A stretch of 64,000 bases of DNA from Phaeosaccion multiseriatum (taxonomy: Eukaryota; Protista; Ochrophyta, other classes): the NCBI GenBank assembly GCA_965112735.1, contig OZ218962.1, positions 2,294,001-2,358,000 of the forward strand, given 5' to 3'. The notes beneath the pieces were generated by a model. The model did not search any database. It was given only the letters and a program-made list of their open reading frames with translations, and had not been told where the DNA came from. Numbering within the stretch: the first letter of the stretch is position 1; every line of letters starts with the position of its first letter. The position numbers and the translations under genes were made by a program. This document shows, piece after piece, positions 25,520 through 40,253 of this stretch.

Positions 25520-25951
25520 GCGAGTGGGTGAGTGAGTGATGGGTGAATGATTGAGTGATTGAGTAAGTGGGTGAATGAGAGAGTGAGTGAGTGAGTGGGT
25601 GAGTGAGTGAGTGACAGTTGTATTGCACTTGCACCTAACTTGTATCTCTGTCCATAAGGCATCAAAAATATGGTACCAAATGCCTAGAAGTTGAAGGTAC
25701 TTTTTCTTCGGAAGAGGCAACAAGCATGGAAAGAGAAGAGCGTTTCAGTCAGTCACATCCTCTTAAGTGACAGCGCTACTACAAAGAGGCCCCTCATCGT
25801 ACAAATCGTGTAATGGATTATTATTATTTTTTTTTTTTAAATTAATAATGATAATAATAATAATAGTAAGGCGTTCAATCAGCTTGGCTGGGCCTGTATC
25901 CTCCTCCTCTCAAGCCCCTCCACCCCCCCCCCCTTTATCGTTGCCACCTCC

Positions 25952-26467
25952 CTACTTCTCAGATACCTCGCCCTCCTCCTCCTCCTCCTCGTCCCCCCCC
26001 TCCTTCTTCTCGCCCGTCTCCCCGCCCACCCCCTCCTGGGCCACCGACAGCGGCTGCTTCACTCCGCCTCCGGTGACGGCCCCCGCCTCTCCACTAGCCA
26101 GAGCGGCAGGAGCAGCAGCATCAGTTGGTGATACAGCAGTGGCAGGGGCAGCCCCTTCGCTTGCCGTAGTGCCGGAGGAGGCCCCCTCTGCAAACCGAGC
26201 CTGTCTTGCCTTCATCTTCTCTTCCTGTGTGACTGTCCGCTGCTCCCCTCCTCCTCCTCCTCCTCCTCCTCCTCCTCCTGCCCCTTCGGTGGCTTGAGCA
26301 TTGCTACCTCCAGTGGCAGCCGGCGTCGCTGCAGAAGCAGCAGGTGCAGGAGTAGCAGCAGCAGCAGGAGGAGCAGTCGATGCTGAGCCAAACGTTGCCC
26401 CAAATGTAGAGCTTGCTCCTCCTGTGTCGAGGTCCAAGGGACGCATACGCGAGACATGAGCACACAA

Positions 26468-26508
<41 letters not shown>

Positions 26509-29500
26509 GAGACAGAGAAAGAGAAGAGAGCAAAGCGAGTGAGTGAGTGAGTGAGTGAGTGAGTGAGTGAGTGAGTGAGTGATTGAGTGAGTGAGTGAGC
26601 GAGTGAGTGAGTGGGTGAGTGAGTGAGTGAGTAGAGGGTGCTGCACTGAGTCATGGCACAGCTCCCTCAACCCCAACACCAACCCCACTCATACCCCCTC
26701 CCTCTATCCACACATCCACCCTCTGTCCTAACACCCCCCCACCCTCTGTCCCGACACCCACGCACCTTGGCTCTGTGTGCCCGAAGCCGAAGCCGCCGTC
26801 GGAAACGCCGTCAGCGCCGCCCGACCCGCACCCCCCTGGGCACCTGCGGCTCCTCCGAAGAAGCCCCCCGCCCCCCCGGCACCGGCTCCAAATCCGCCGC
26901 CGGCCCCGAAACCATTACTCCCCGCTCCGCTACCGAATCCGCCCACGGCCCCTGCGCTGCCAAATCCACCGCTAATTCCCGCTCCGCTTCCGATTCCGAT
27001 TCCGATTCCTAATCCCTGCTGCTGCTGCTTTGCCCCCCCCGCTGCGGATGGACCGGCCGCCGAACTATTGGCAGCAGCACTACTCGCAGCAGCAGTCGAA
27101 GTCGAAGCAGTCGATGTTGAACTTGAACTAGTCGATGTCGAAGGAGTTGGTGTGGAAGTCGAGTTGGAGGATGGCACAGGTAGCGTCACCTGACCAAAGC
27201 TGGGGGGTTTAGCCCCTGCGGACGGCGGCGCCAAAGGAGTAAACGCCCCCAATGCGGTGGGAGGCTTCAGAGAAAAGCCTCCTGCCCCTCCTCCTGCCCC
27301 TCCTCCTGCCCCTCCTCCTGCCCCTGCCTCTCGACTCGGAAAGCCTCCTCCTCCTCCTCCTCCTCCTCCTCCTCCTCCTCCTGCTGCTGCTGCTGCTGCT
27401 GGCGTATCACCAACTGCTGAAGGTGATGCCGTGCTTCCTGCAGCACCCATGCCAATGCGAGTAGGAGGAGCGAGCAGAGGCCCTGCCGACGATGATGCGG
27501 CCGACGCGGATGTATCACCAACACTTGCACCTGACGCGGGTGTCTCACCAACTGCTGGTGCTGGTGCTGGTGGCTGGAAGGGCTGGGCCGCCGGATTCAA
27601 GCTCCCTCCACCACCTGCTGTATCACCATCTGCTGCTGCTGTACCAGTACCAGCGCTACCGCTCTTGTTGTTGCTGCTACTGCTTCCCCATAGTGCCCCT
27701 CCCCCTGCTGCCCCTCGCCCCTCCACTCTGCCGAACGAAGGCGGGCTGAAGAACCCCTCCGGACGAGCTCCGAAGGCCGAGGCAGTCGTAGGCGGAGCAG
27801 TTGATGATACAGCAGGAGCGTTCGAGGAGACCGTCGTCGCCGATCCTCCTCTTCCCAACGCAGCAGCAGTAGCGGCCGCCAGGTTCGGAGCACCACCTGC
27901 TCCCCTCGCAGGGCCTGTGGCAGGGAAGGCGCTGCCATCCGCTGCCTTCGTCCTCTTGGCCGGAGGGTTGCTGCGCTCCTCCGCCGCTGTATCACCAACT
28001 GCTGCAGGTGCTGCTGCTGCTCCCGTACCACCAACTCCTGCCCCTGCTGCTGCCTCTCCTCCCTCTCCTTGGCCCGTCCCTGGGGTGGAGCGCGAGAGAC
28101 CAGCGCCGCCGAAAGCACCACGTCCGCCTCCGCCACGACCCCTCTGAGCGTAGCGCTGGTGAATGCACGAGAAGGGGGGGAGAGGAGAACAACAAAGGGA
28201 CAGACATGAGAGGTGGATGTGTCAGACACACACACACACACGCACGCACGCACGCACAAGAAGACAGAACAGTCAACAATAGTCGCCCTTTGCCCCCACC
28301 ACACGCCACCCCCACTCCTTACCCAACACCCCTGCCACTCCTCGCTGCCCCTCACCTTAGACGCCAAAAGCTTTTGCCGCATCTGTGACTCCTCCGTCAG
28401 GCCATCTGTGACAACCTGTTGTCCGCCCCTCACGGCAGCGGCGGCTGCTGCTGCGATAGCCGTGGCCGAGGGAAGCGTAGGGCCAGAGCCTGAGGCATCC
28501 TCTCCCGAGGGAGACGTGTTGGTGAACGGAGTCGTAGATGGCGACGGCACCGGAGTGGCAGTGGTCTTGGAAGACGAAGCAGAAGCAGGTGTCACTGGAG
28601 ATTTGCCTATCTGCGAGGAAGAAGAGGCGGGTGCCTGACTGAGACTGACGGTCGTGCCGCTGCTTGTGACAGGGCCGGGGCCTCCTCCTCCTCCTCCTCC
28701 TTGTGGCAGGCTCCCAATATCCGTGGGGGGTGCCAGCTGGGACGCAGCCGCAGCAACAGCACCACTACTACCAGCAGGCGCAGAGGCGGCAGAATCACCA
28801 CCACCACCACCCCCAGCGGCAGTAGTTGCAGCACCCGCAGCACCAGATGCTACAGCAGTTGGTGATACATCAGACACGGCAGCCAGGGCGGCCTCTGCCG
28901 CTTCCGTACTCCCCGCCAGCTTCTCCAGCGCTGCCCTGAGTAAGCCCATCTCCTTCTCCAGCTGCTTACATTTGGACTCCAGGCCGGCGTTCTGCGCCTT
29001 TACGTTGCCAATGATGGTCTTTGCCTTGTCCATGGCGGATCTGAATTGGCTAATCTGCTGGCGAAGGCTCGCCACCTCCTTCGCATCTGGCGTACCGCCC
29101 GTACCACCAACAGCAGCAGCAGCACCACCAGCCTCTGCGGAGCCCCCCGGGGTGGTGCCAGAGCCTGAGCCTGTATCTCTCGCCTCCCTCAGGCGCTGAA
29201 GCTCCTTCTCACTCTCCTCAAGCTGAGCCTTGAGTCCTGTTACCTCCGCAGTCTTTTGCTCGTGACGGCTCTGTAGAGTCTTGACGCTGGCTTCGTGTTG
29301 GCTCCTTGCACCACGGAAGCGAGTGCGCAGCCCCTCCGCCATGTCCCTCTGGGCCTTGAGATCACGCCCTTGCACCTCCAGCTCGGCGATGGCCTTGTCC
29401 TGATGGGTGCACGGGGTGGGGTGTATGCGTAAGGGAGGGAGAGGAGAGGAGCAGCGTAAGGGAGGGAGGGAAGATAAAAGGACACACTAAGAGAGAGAAC

Positions 29501-30474
29501 AAGGGCGAGAGAGACGAGACAAGAGAAAAGAGAGAGGGGCAGAAAAACATACGAAGTAGTACGATAAGTAGTACGAAGTAGTATGTAACATCATGAACAC
29601 AAGGTAAGGTACCTTCTCCGCCTTGAGTTTGGCGATCTCGCTGCCCTGTGCGGCTTGTACCTGCACCGCCTGTGCTCTCTGAGCCGCCGCCTGGGCCGCC
29701 TTTTGGGCCGCAACGAGGCGTGCGTTCGACTCCCGTTTGTCTTTCTCCGCAGCCTTTTGGGCCTCCTGGAGGGCGGTTTGGGCCTGCTTGATAAGAAAGG
29801 ACCACGACATCCACCGCCGGGGCGTTAGTGGGGGATGAACAGAACAAGTAGTTCGTCGCATTTGTATGCGACCAGCATTGAAGTTGAGGCATATATATGG
29901 GCGAGGCTTTTAAGTTGAGATAAGGTGATGCACTTGCGTATGTTAGAGGCGTATGGGGATGCACGCACCACATCGGCACCCTCCTCGCCTTCCTTACCTG
30001 CTTGAGAGAGGCGGAGAGGGTGGCGGCCTCCCGTTGGATGGAGGCATGGGCTGTGGTGGTGGCCGTCAAAGAGTCCTTGAGCTTGTCTCTCTCCTCCGTG
30101 ATCTGTAGGGAAGGAGGGAGGTGCATTTCAGTGAGTGAGGTAGCGAGTTGGGGACGGGGGAGGGAGGGAGGGCTGGAGGGAGCAGCAGAGAGAGAGCACA
30201 CACACACACATACATACACACCACACACACACACCACACACACACACCACATACACACACAACACACACACACATACATACACACCACACACACACACAC
30301 CGCACACACACACCACACACACACCACACACACACACACCGCACACACACACACACACACACCGCACACACACACACACACATCGCACACACACCACACA
30401 CACACACACACCACACACCGCACACACACACACATGCACACACACACACACACCACACACCGCACACACACACA

Positions 30475-30521
<47 letters not shown>

Positions 30522-31925
30522 GCCGATGAACCTCAGGGTCCACTTGCTTGAACGTCGACAGAAGGCTCTGTACCCTCTTCTTCCACTCCTCCAATTGCTT
30601 CTTCACCTCATCCCTCTCCGCCGCCGCCGCCTGCCCGTCCAGTTTCAGTTTGTGCTCTCTAGCCTCTGCCGGTTCGAGCTTCTTCACCGCCACCTCGAGC
30701 TGCTTCTGCACCGTCCGGACCTTGGCAGTGGCCTGCTCCTTCTCGCTCCTTAGGAGAGTGTTGCTCTCCCGCAGAGTTGCCAACTGTGAGACTTGCGCCA
30801 GGAGGCGTTGGTACTCTGTCTGTGACACCGCGGCGGAGTGGTGCTCGTCGACAAGTCGCTTGGCCTGCGAGGATGGCAGTAGATGGTTGAGGCGATGGAT
30901 GGCAGTGGACGGATGAGGCCGAGTGAGTGAGTGGGCGGATGGGTAGGTGAGTGGGTGGGTGACTGAGTGGGTGAGTGCGTGAGTGAAGTAGGAAGAGCAG
31001 GTGGGCAGTTCAAGCGGTGGGTACGACAGCAGTTGGTGATACAGCAGCGGAGGAGTCATGCTCACCTCTTGTCTTGCCTCGCGAAGGGCGCTCTGTGCTT
31101 GCTCGGCACTCGCCTGATAGCGTCGCGCTTCCCGCTGAGAGAGAGAGAAGAAGAGAAAGGAACGTGGGGGAAAAGAGGGGGCAAGAGGGGCAAGAGGGGC
31201 AGGAGGGCAGGAGGGGAAGGGTAGCGTGGTGAGTGAAAACACTCACACTTCCTTCTGTCCTTCCTTCCTTCCTCCAGTGGTTGTACTGCATTTCTCAGCT
31301 CCCCCTCCCCTTGCCCCCCCCCCCGCTCCACACACACATGCACACACGCACACACATGCACACACACACGCACGCATACCTCTATACACACATGCACACT
31401 CACGCACACACACTCACGCACCTGCGCCATCTCCAGCTGCGCATCGACAACGTCCTTCTCCTGCCTGAGATACTTCACCACCTCTCCCATCTCTGACATG
31501 CTCTTGCGTGCTGCAGCCGCCTCGTCATCCCTCTCCTTGCCCTCTCCCTCCTTGCTCTCCCCTCCCCCTCCTCCTCCTCCTGCGGAGGCGGCGGTGGCGG
31601 CTGCTCCCTCCTCCACTCTCGCCAGCCTGCCCTCCTGCACCTTTTCGAGCTGTACCACCAACGTCTGTAGCTGACCGTGCAACAAGTCGTTCTGATGCGC
31701 CACCTCCTCTTGCCGCTTCACTGCCTCGTCCCTATCTCTGGTGAGGCCTTCCTTCTCCTGTTTGAAGGATGCCTGAGCCCGCATCAGATCCGTTGTGATG
31801 GAGGAAACCTGTTGTCGTGTGTGTGTGTGTGTGTGCGTATGTACGTGTGTGTGTGTACATTAGTGTGTGTGGTGAGGGGGGGGGGGGTCAGTGTCAGGGT
31901 CAGGGTCAGGGCCACAGGGCCACCT

Positions 31926-31969
<44 letters not shown>

Positions 31970-34900
31970 TCGTGCTACACACCTTCTCCTCGGCCTCCTC
32001 CCTCAATTGCTTGGCCCGCTCCTTCTCCTCCTCGCTCTGGCGAAGGGCTGTGATGGCCCCTGCGTGCCCCTGAATCTCCTTCTCGTAGTTGAGCTGCGCC
32101 TGGCGAGAGTTCTGCACGTTCCACCAGTGGTCATCATCGTAAGGGAGGGAGGGAGGGAGGCCATTCGTCAGTGTAGCATGGACATGGACAAAGGGATTGA
32201 AGTACTCACCCCTCCGTCCCTCTCTCACTCCCTCCCCTGTTTCGGCCAGATTCGTTCTCTCCTCCTCTTCCTCCTCCTCCTCCTCCTGCTCCCCACTACC
32301 TTCTGGTACAAGGCAGCCTCAGTCTTCATGTCCTCTAGCCTCTTGCTCGCCCCCTCGAGCTCCGCCTTGGTGCCATCCGCTGCCATCTTTGTGGAGGCAA
32401 GGTCTCGCTCCAGTGCTGCGGCCCTGGCCTCAGCAGCGTCTTTTTCCTACACAGAGAGAGAAGAGAGAGAGAGAGACGAGAGAGAAACAGAGAGAGAGAC
32501 AGAGGGGGAGAGAGACAGAGATTTAGAGACAAACGAAGAGAGGGGGAGACAGAGACACAAGCACGCACGCGCGGGTACAGAGGACAGAAAAAGAGTTCAG
32601 TTAAGAGCAAAGACAAAAGCCAGTGGACGATGCCTTTCCCCTCCCTGTGTATCACCAACACACCAACCTTCATAAGCTCATTCAGCACACCCTTCAGGGT
32701 GTCCTTGTGCTCCGTGAGCTGCCTTCTCGCCGCCTCTGCCCTCGCCTCTGCCTCCTCCACCTTGCCCTGCTGTTCGGCCTTCCATGTGTCACTCGCTCGA
32801 GATAGTTCCTTCAGAGCCTTCTCTTTGGCTGCGGCGATGCTTTGGTAGCGCTTCACATGCTCTTTGGCCTTTTGGTTGGTTGGTTGGTTGGTTGGTTTGT
32901 TGTTGTTTTGGTTGGTACGGAGGTAGGGGGGGGGGGGGGAGGTATGTGAGAGGGAAAGAGGCGTGAGAGAGAGACAAGAGATGGAGAGAGAGGGTTGGGG
33001 GGGGGGGGGCGGAAGGGAGAGAGAGAGGGGGGAGGAAAGAGCTAAGACAGCACGATAAAGAAAATACAAGAGGTGCAGTGCCATAAGGTGTGTTGGGGGA
33101 GGGAACGGGTGACTACTCTTCCATTGACAAGCCTCCCTCCCTAATATAACATGGCCCTATCATACCGTACCACCAACTCACTAACCAAACCCACAACCCA
33201 CCAACCCGAATACCTCACCTGCGCCGCTTCCTCTCGGGCGTTCTCCAGCTCGGCCTTGACCGTCTGCAGCTCCGCCTCTCTCCTGCTGATGTCCTCCGCA
33301 TCCACTGCCATCCCCCCTGCCCCTCCTCCCTGCTGCGGTACCACCACCTGCTGAGCTCCCTTTGCACTCACCCCCTTCTCTCTCAGTTGCCTCTCCAGCC
33401 CCTCCGCCCTCTCCTTGCTGGCCTTTGCTTCCCCCTTCTCCCTCTCCATACCCTCCTTAGCCTCCCTGAGCTGTGCCTGCAGCGTGTCTGCCGTGGCTCT
33501 CGAGTTGCGCAGCTCCTCCTGGGCCGCCGCGCTTGCTCGCTGCGCCAACAGCGTCGCCTCCATCGCCTCCTGAAGGGGGTGGGGTGGGTGGATGGCAGTG
33601 GATGGGGGGTGAGGGGTGAGGTGGTGGGGTGGGGTGGGTGAGGACCGTGCGGGGGGTTGGATGAGAGAAAGAAAGAAAGTAGACAAAACCGGAGAAAGAA
33701 ACGAAGAAGCACAGAAAAGAAAGAAAAAAGAAAAAAGAAAAACACCGAGGAATGAAACCAAAGAACGACCAAATAACCCAGCAAATCGAAGTACTCTCTC
33801 TATACGTACATATATATATATGTAATATATATATATATAATATTACATGTAACATATGTATACACAGCTCCCTCTCTCTTCCTTCCTCTCTCTCTGTCTC
33901 TCTCTGCCCATCTATTACCGCACCGTAACGCACCTTCTGCTTGGCCTCAAGTGCCCGCTGCAGCCGATTGCGGTCCTCCTCAAGGGCGCTCCTCTCCTCC
34001 CCTGCCTTGAGGGTGAGGCCGCGTTCGATCTTTTGGATGCTGTCCACCAAAGAGCCCTGCCGAGCGTTGTCTTGGCGGAGCTGAGTCACCTGAGGGAGGA
34101 GGGCGGGCCGGCACCGGCACCACCCAAGTTAGTCAGTCATTCAGTCGGTCAGTCAAACTCTCCCCTCCTCCTCCCCCTCTCACCACCACCCCCTCCTCCT
34201 CCTCCTCCTCCTCCTCCTCCTCCTCCTCCTCCTCCCCCTCCCCCCTCTCTCTAACCTCATCTGAGCCTTCCCTCCTCCTCCTCCTCCTCGTCCTCCTCCC
34301 CCTCCCACTCTCTCTAACCTCGTGTCTGAGCCTTCCCTCCGCCTCCTTGGCAACCTCCACTTGATCCTCAAGCAGCCTGCTCTTGTGCACTGCCTGGCGG
34401 CTCTCCTCCATTGCCGCCTCGAGCTGGGCTTGCTTATCCGCCATGTCCTTCTGATAGCTTAGCAGGTTGGCTTGCAGTTGGCTCTGGGGAGGGGGTAGGA
34501 AGAGGAGGAGGAGGAGGAGGAGGAGGAGGAGGAGGAGGAGGAGGAGGAGGGGGATGAGAAGAGCCCTCCAGCGGCCCAAATCAACACCTCTACCTGTCGC
34601 TGTGTGAGCTGCCCCAGCTCCTGCTGCGTGTGCTCCATGGCCTCTCGAAGCATGTCGTGCCTCTCCTTGGCGTACTTTGCATCCGCCAGAGCGCACGTGC
34701 CCTCGCTGCGGGCCTTGCCTGAGGGGCGGGGTAATTACATGACCAGTTGGTGGTACAGGTATAGAAAGCAACAGAAGCAGTTGGTGGTATATATATACGC
34801 CAGTTGTAGGTGGTACAGGGGTCACGAGCAGCAGCAGCACCAGCTCCTTCCTCTTCTCATCCTCATACTCCCCTCCATACAACCACCCCCCCGTCCCTCA

Positions 34901-35883
34901 CGCACGCACGCACGCACGCACCGGCATCGAGTTGCGCCTGCTGCAGTAAGTCATTGGCCGTTTTCTCGCTCTGCCTCCGCGCCTCCGCCTCCGTCTGTGC
35001 TGCCCTCAATTCCTTCTCGAGGTCCCCCACCTTCACAGTCAGTGCTTGCATCTGCTCTGTATTGTTGGAGGAGGTGGGGGTGTCTACTGCCATCGGAGAT
35101 CCAAACCTCATGCCCGTCCCTGGGGTCATAGGGGTAGTAGGGGTTGCTGTTTATGGTATGGTTGGTGGGTGCCGCCAGCGGTGATTGCCAAGTGTGAGTG
35201 TGGTTTGAGACGGGAGGGGGTCAGGGAGAGGGAGGGGAGAGGGGAGAGTGGGAGATAAGATGGAAGGGAGAGAGAGAGAGAAGCGGCGGGGGAGAGGAAA
35301 GAACGAGCCATGGGAGAGAGAGGAGGGACAGGAGGAAGAGAGACGGCGAATCAGCATCGTACTACAACCCTAGGGAAGGAGTCTGCGACACGCGCGCACA
35401 CACACACAGGGTACAAGAGGGAAAAGTCTCCCCCCCCCCCCCCCAAATGCACAGAACCGATACCCCATGAATCCTGCGTGATACCCAATCAGAGGTAAAG
35501 GACACCCAATGAAAGGCACATGCTCGTTCCGTCCTGCTCCTTCCCCCCTCACCTCCTGGGGTGGTCTGCTTCCTTCCAAAGGCCGACGTAGGCGTACCCG
35601 AGGCAGACCCAGCAGCAGCACCACCAGAACCAACAGCGCTGCCCGAGGGGGAAGGCTGATGGATAGCCCCGCTCCCTCCTCCTCCTGCTCCTCCTCCTGC
35701 GGGGCTTGCCACATACTTCTGCCCCTCCTGCGCGAGCAACACCCGATACATGTCTCTCTGCTGAATAATGGCGGAAACCATCTCCTCCTGTCGGTGTCTC
35801 TGGGCCTTGAGCGCCTCGAGCTCCTTCAGCGTCTCCGTCAGAGCAGCCTTGTCGCCTGAGTGCGCATGTATATATATATCATG

Positions 35884-35918
<35 letters not shown>

Positions 35919-35996
35919 ATTGCGTGTATATACATGTGTGTGTGTGTGTATTGCGTGTATATACATGTGTGTGTGTGTGTGTGTGTTGCGTGTATA

Positions 35997-36029
<33 letters not shown>

Positions 36030-36039
36030 TGCGTGTATA

Positions 36040-36072
<33 letters not shown>

Positions 36073-36082
36073 TGCGTGTATA

Positions 36083-36126
<44 letters not shown>

Positions 36127-36607
36127 GCGTGTATATACATGTGTGTGTGTGGGGGAGGGCACGTGGGGTGTGTAGGGTGTGGGTGTGTGCGTGGATGCCG
36201 TGTGGGCGTGGGTGCGTGGGTGATGTAGACAAGAATTGGAAGGGTAGATAGAGGAAAGAGAAGGAGGGGAGGAAGGGAGGAAATTTGAAACCGCTCGCTC
36301 TCACCCCCACACCCTTCACACCCACACACACCCAAAACCACCACTCACCTGCGCTGGAGTCTTGCTCCGCGTGCATGAGGGCCTCCTCCCTCTGCTCACT
36401 CAGCCGCCTCACCACCCGCAGCAAGTTTCGGTTCTTGTCCTGGAGCTGCTCGATGTCCCTGAAAGTCACCAGGTGGGAGCTTATCACCTCGTCGGGACTC
36501 AGCAACTCACGCGGCTCGGCGGCCACTACCATGGCTCCTCCTCGACTGCTGGAGGAGGAGGGAGTGGTGGTGGTCACGTCGAGTTGCTGGCCGAGGAGTG
36601 TCTGTCG

Positions 36608-36693
<86 letters not shown>

Positions 36694-39600
36694 GAGGTCA
36701 GACACCGGGATAAATGGCAGTGGATGAGTAGGGTTGGAAGGGAGACACACACGCGCACACACACATACATACATACATACATACATACACGCACACACAC
36801 CCACACACCGAATCCTTACGTAGTCCAAACGTAGTCCGTACATAACTAAGCCATCCGCTGCCATCTGCCATACCTGCACTTGTCTGGAGAGGTCCGCTTC
36901 ACTCCTCTTGAGCTCCTCCACCTCCAACATGTGCTTCTCACAGCTGGCGGCAGCTTCGTTGCGCTCGGATTCGACTCGGTAAATGTGCTGCATGGCTTCG
37001 TCCAGACGCATGCTCAGCTGCTCGTGACTCTTGAGGGCTCGACTGTCGTGTGGTAGTGGTGTGTTGTGTCACAAACAGAGACAACATACACACACACACA
37101 GAGGGAGAGAAACATACAAACACACACAGAGAGAGAGAGAGAGAAACATACAAACATGGGTAAAGAGTGAGGATGGAAGGGAGGTGGGGAGGGAGGAAGA
37201 AAGCAAAAAAAGGGAAAGCCACACTCTGGAGGAGGAAAGGAAAACCATCAGAGGCCGGCAAGATGACGGCAAATAAGCAAATAAGCAGATAGGCAGAAAG
37301 GCAGATAAGCAAATAGGCAGATAGGCGGATTACGTAAGACAAACGTAAAACGTACGTACCGGTAGTCCCTCTTCTGCGCGGCCATGATGGGGGCCTTGGA
37401 TTCAATGTCCTTCAACACTCGATTCAAGTACACCTCCAAACGCCGCCGCTCTGCTCGCTCGTGGGCACGGCCACTCTCCGCCTCCACCAGCCTGGGGAGG
37501 GGGGGAGGAGGAGGAGGAGGAGGAGGAGGAGGAGGAGGAGGGGGAGGAGGAAGAGGGGGAGGAGGAGGAGGAGGAGGAGGAGGAGGAGGGGGAGGAGGAG
37601 GAGGAGGAGGAGGAGAAGGAGGAGGAGGAGGAGGAGGAGGAGGAGGCTGAGCATTTCGTACGTAAGGCAACCACGTAATCAACGACCCCCACCCTCGCCC
37701 CAGGCATCCTCCCTCCCAAGTGCGTACCTGTCTGTGACCTCCGTGACGTCGAGGCCCTGTGCAGCCTCCTTGACGGCCTCACTTACACGCAGCTCCTCGT
37801 TACTCTGTCAAGCGAGTGGCGATAGAGAGAGAGAGAAGGAGATGAACGAGAGGGAGAGAGAGGGAGTGGGCGGGAGAGGGGGAGAGAGGGGAGTGAGAAA
37901 GAGGAGGAGAGGGAGTGAGAAAGAGGAGCAGAGGGAGTGAGAAAGAGGAGGAGAGGGAGTGAGAAAGAGGAGGAGAGGGAGTGAGAGAGAGGAGGAGAGG
38001 GAGAGAGAGAAAAGGAGAAATTCGCATCAGCAGAAAGAAACTAATGTCATTCCAACATGAAAAGGGGAAGCCCCACAGTCCCACTTCCAAGCCCTCCCTC
38101 TCTCCCTCCCTCCCTCCCTCCTCCCTCCGTCCTCCGTCCCCACCTCCCTCCTTCCTCCCCTCCCTCTCCCTCCCTCCCTCCCTCACCTTCGCTTCTCCCC
38201 CTTCCGGTGCAGCAGCAGGAAGCAGCGCCAGGACCGGCACCGGCACTGAAGAGGAAGAGGGAGAGGAGGACGAGGAAGAAGACGCCTGCACCTTCGCTAA
38301 GAGCTCCTTCTCCCTCTCCGCCACCTCCTCCCGAAGCTTGTCCAGTGATACCTTCGCCTCTTGCTTGATCTCTGCGAGGGGGTGTCAAGACGCAAAGATA
38401 GCGTGAGGGCGGAGGGTTGGGAGGAGGGGGTGTCAGGACAGGGGGTGGTGCCAGGACAGGCAGAGAGAGAGTGTGTGTGTGTCAGGACCGGGGATGTATG
38501 GAGCGGACAAAGGTATCCTTCCCACCCTCCTCCTCCTTCCTTCCCTCCCTCCCTCTCGTCTTCCCTCCCACCCTCCCTCCCTCCTTCCCTCCCTCTCCTC
38601 CTCCCTCCTTCCCTCCCTCTCCTCCTCCCTCCCTCCCTCCCTCACCATTGAGCTCTCTGTCGGCGCTCTCTCGCTGCTGCCTGAGCCTCTTGGCCATCTC
38701 CGTGATGCGCTTCTCTGCCGCCTCCGAGATGGCCTGGGCCTCCGTCTGAGGGCAGGGGGGAGAGGGAGGGAGAGAGGGAAGGAGAGAGGGAGGGAGAGGG
38801 AGAGGAAGGGAGGCGGTGAGGGAGGGAAGGAGGGAAGGCGGGGGGAGGGGGAGGGGGGGGTGAAAGGAGGGAGAAGGAAGCGGGAGTATGAGCCAGGCCA
38901 AAGAGAGAAGGGTGGGAGGGCTGGACGAGGCAGAAGGCAACAAAAGGCCAAAACCAGCGAGCGACGGGGCAGCGCTGAGCAGCTGTGGGAATTCCTCTCT
39001 CTCCGTCCAGGGGGCTCAGTCCCTCCCTTCCGCTCCCTCTGAATCACCAACACACGCACCTCCTTGGCGTTAACCCTGGCCATTGCATCTTCGAAGTTCT
39101 TCTTAAAGAGGTCAGCGATCCTCTGACTCGCATTGCGGTCTCTCTCTCCGTTCTCCTTAGCCTCGGCAAGGTGCTTCTCTGAAGCCTTGACCTCCTCCAG
39201 CAGCTTCTCCACTTTTGCCTCACTGAGAGGGAGAGAGAGAGAAGGGAGGGAGTCAGAGCAGGCAGGGATGGAGAGGGAGGGGGAGAGGGGGAGGAAGGCA
39301 GGGAAACACAGGAAGCAAGGGGGAGAGGGAGACAGAGGGAGGGAGGCAGGGAGGGAGGGGAGGAAGGGAGGGGCCTGGTCAGATACACGCATCTCTGTCG
39401 CCCTCTCCTCTCTCCTCTCTCCCTCTCTCGATCCCTGTCCCTGTCCCTCTCCCTTGTGATCCGTCCCACCCCACTCACTCCTCCCTCCCTTCCTCCCTCC
39501 CTCCCTCACTCCCTCACTCACTCACTCACTCACTCACCTCTTGTCTAGCTTCTCCTTGAGGGCGTCTCTGCCCTTAGTGACTTGCTCGCACTTGACCTGC

Positions 39601-40181
39601 TCCTCCTCGAGCCGGGTACTCAGAGTCATCTTCGCAGCACTCGCCTCCTTACGTACCGTCAAGAGCTGGCGAGGGGAGGGAGGGAGGGAGGGACGGAGGG
39701 AGGGAGGGGAGGGAGGGAGAGAGGGAGGAAGGAAGGGAGGGAGAGGAGGGAGAGAGGGACGGAGGGGAGGGAGAGAAGGGGGGGAGGGAGGGAGGGGAGG
39801 GAGTGGATGACAGGGAGAGATGGAGGGAGGGGAGGGGAGGGAGGGAGTGGCATGTAAGTGAGTGAGTACGTGAGAGGGTGCCACCAGCTACCCACCAGCT
39901 ACCCACCAGCTACCCACCCCCTCCTCCCCTATCGATCCATCCACTGCCATCCCCTGCCCTACCTGGTCGTTGGCGGCGTGCAGGTCCTCTTCCATTGCCT
40001 TACAATGCGCCTCTAGCTTTGAGTTGTGCCTTCGCAGTGTCTCCGCCTCCCCCACTGCCAAGGAAGCCTCACTCTGAGAGCCACTCAGTCGCTCCTGTTG
40101 GGGGTGCGGGGAAAAGGGCGCACGATGCGGGTAGTAGAAGTAGTAGTAGTAGTGGTGGTGGTGGTAGTAGTAGTGGTGGTA

Positions 40182-40253
<72 letters not shown>

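Noticed and set aside
35900-36150. Constant core with variable spacers (CRISPR-like layout)
   Set aside because: The spacers are just (GT)n of varying length; it is a compound microsatellite.
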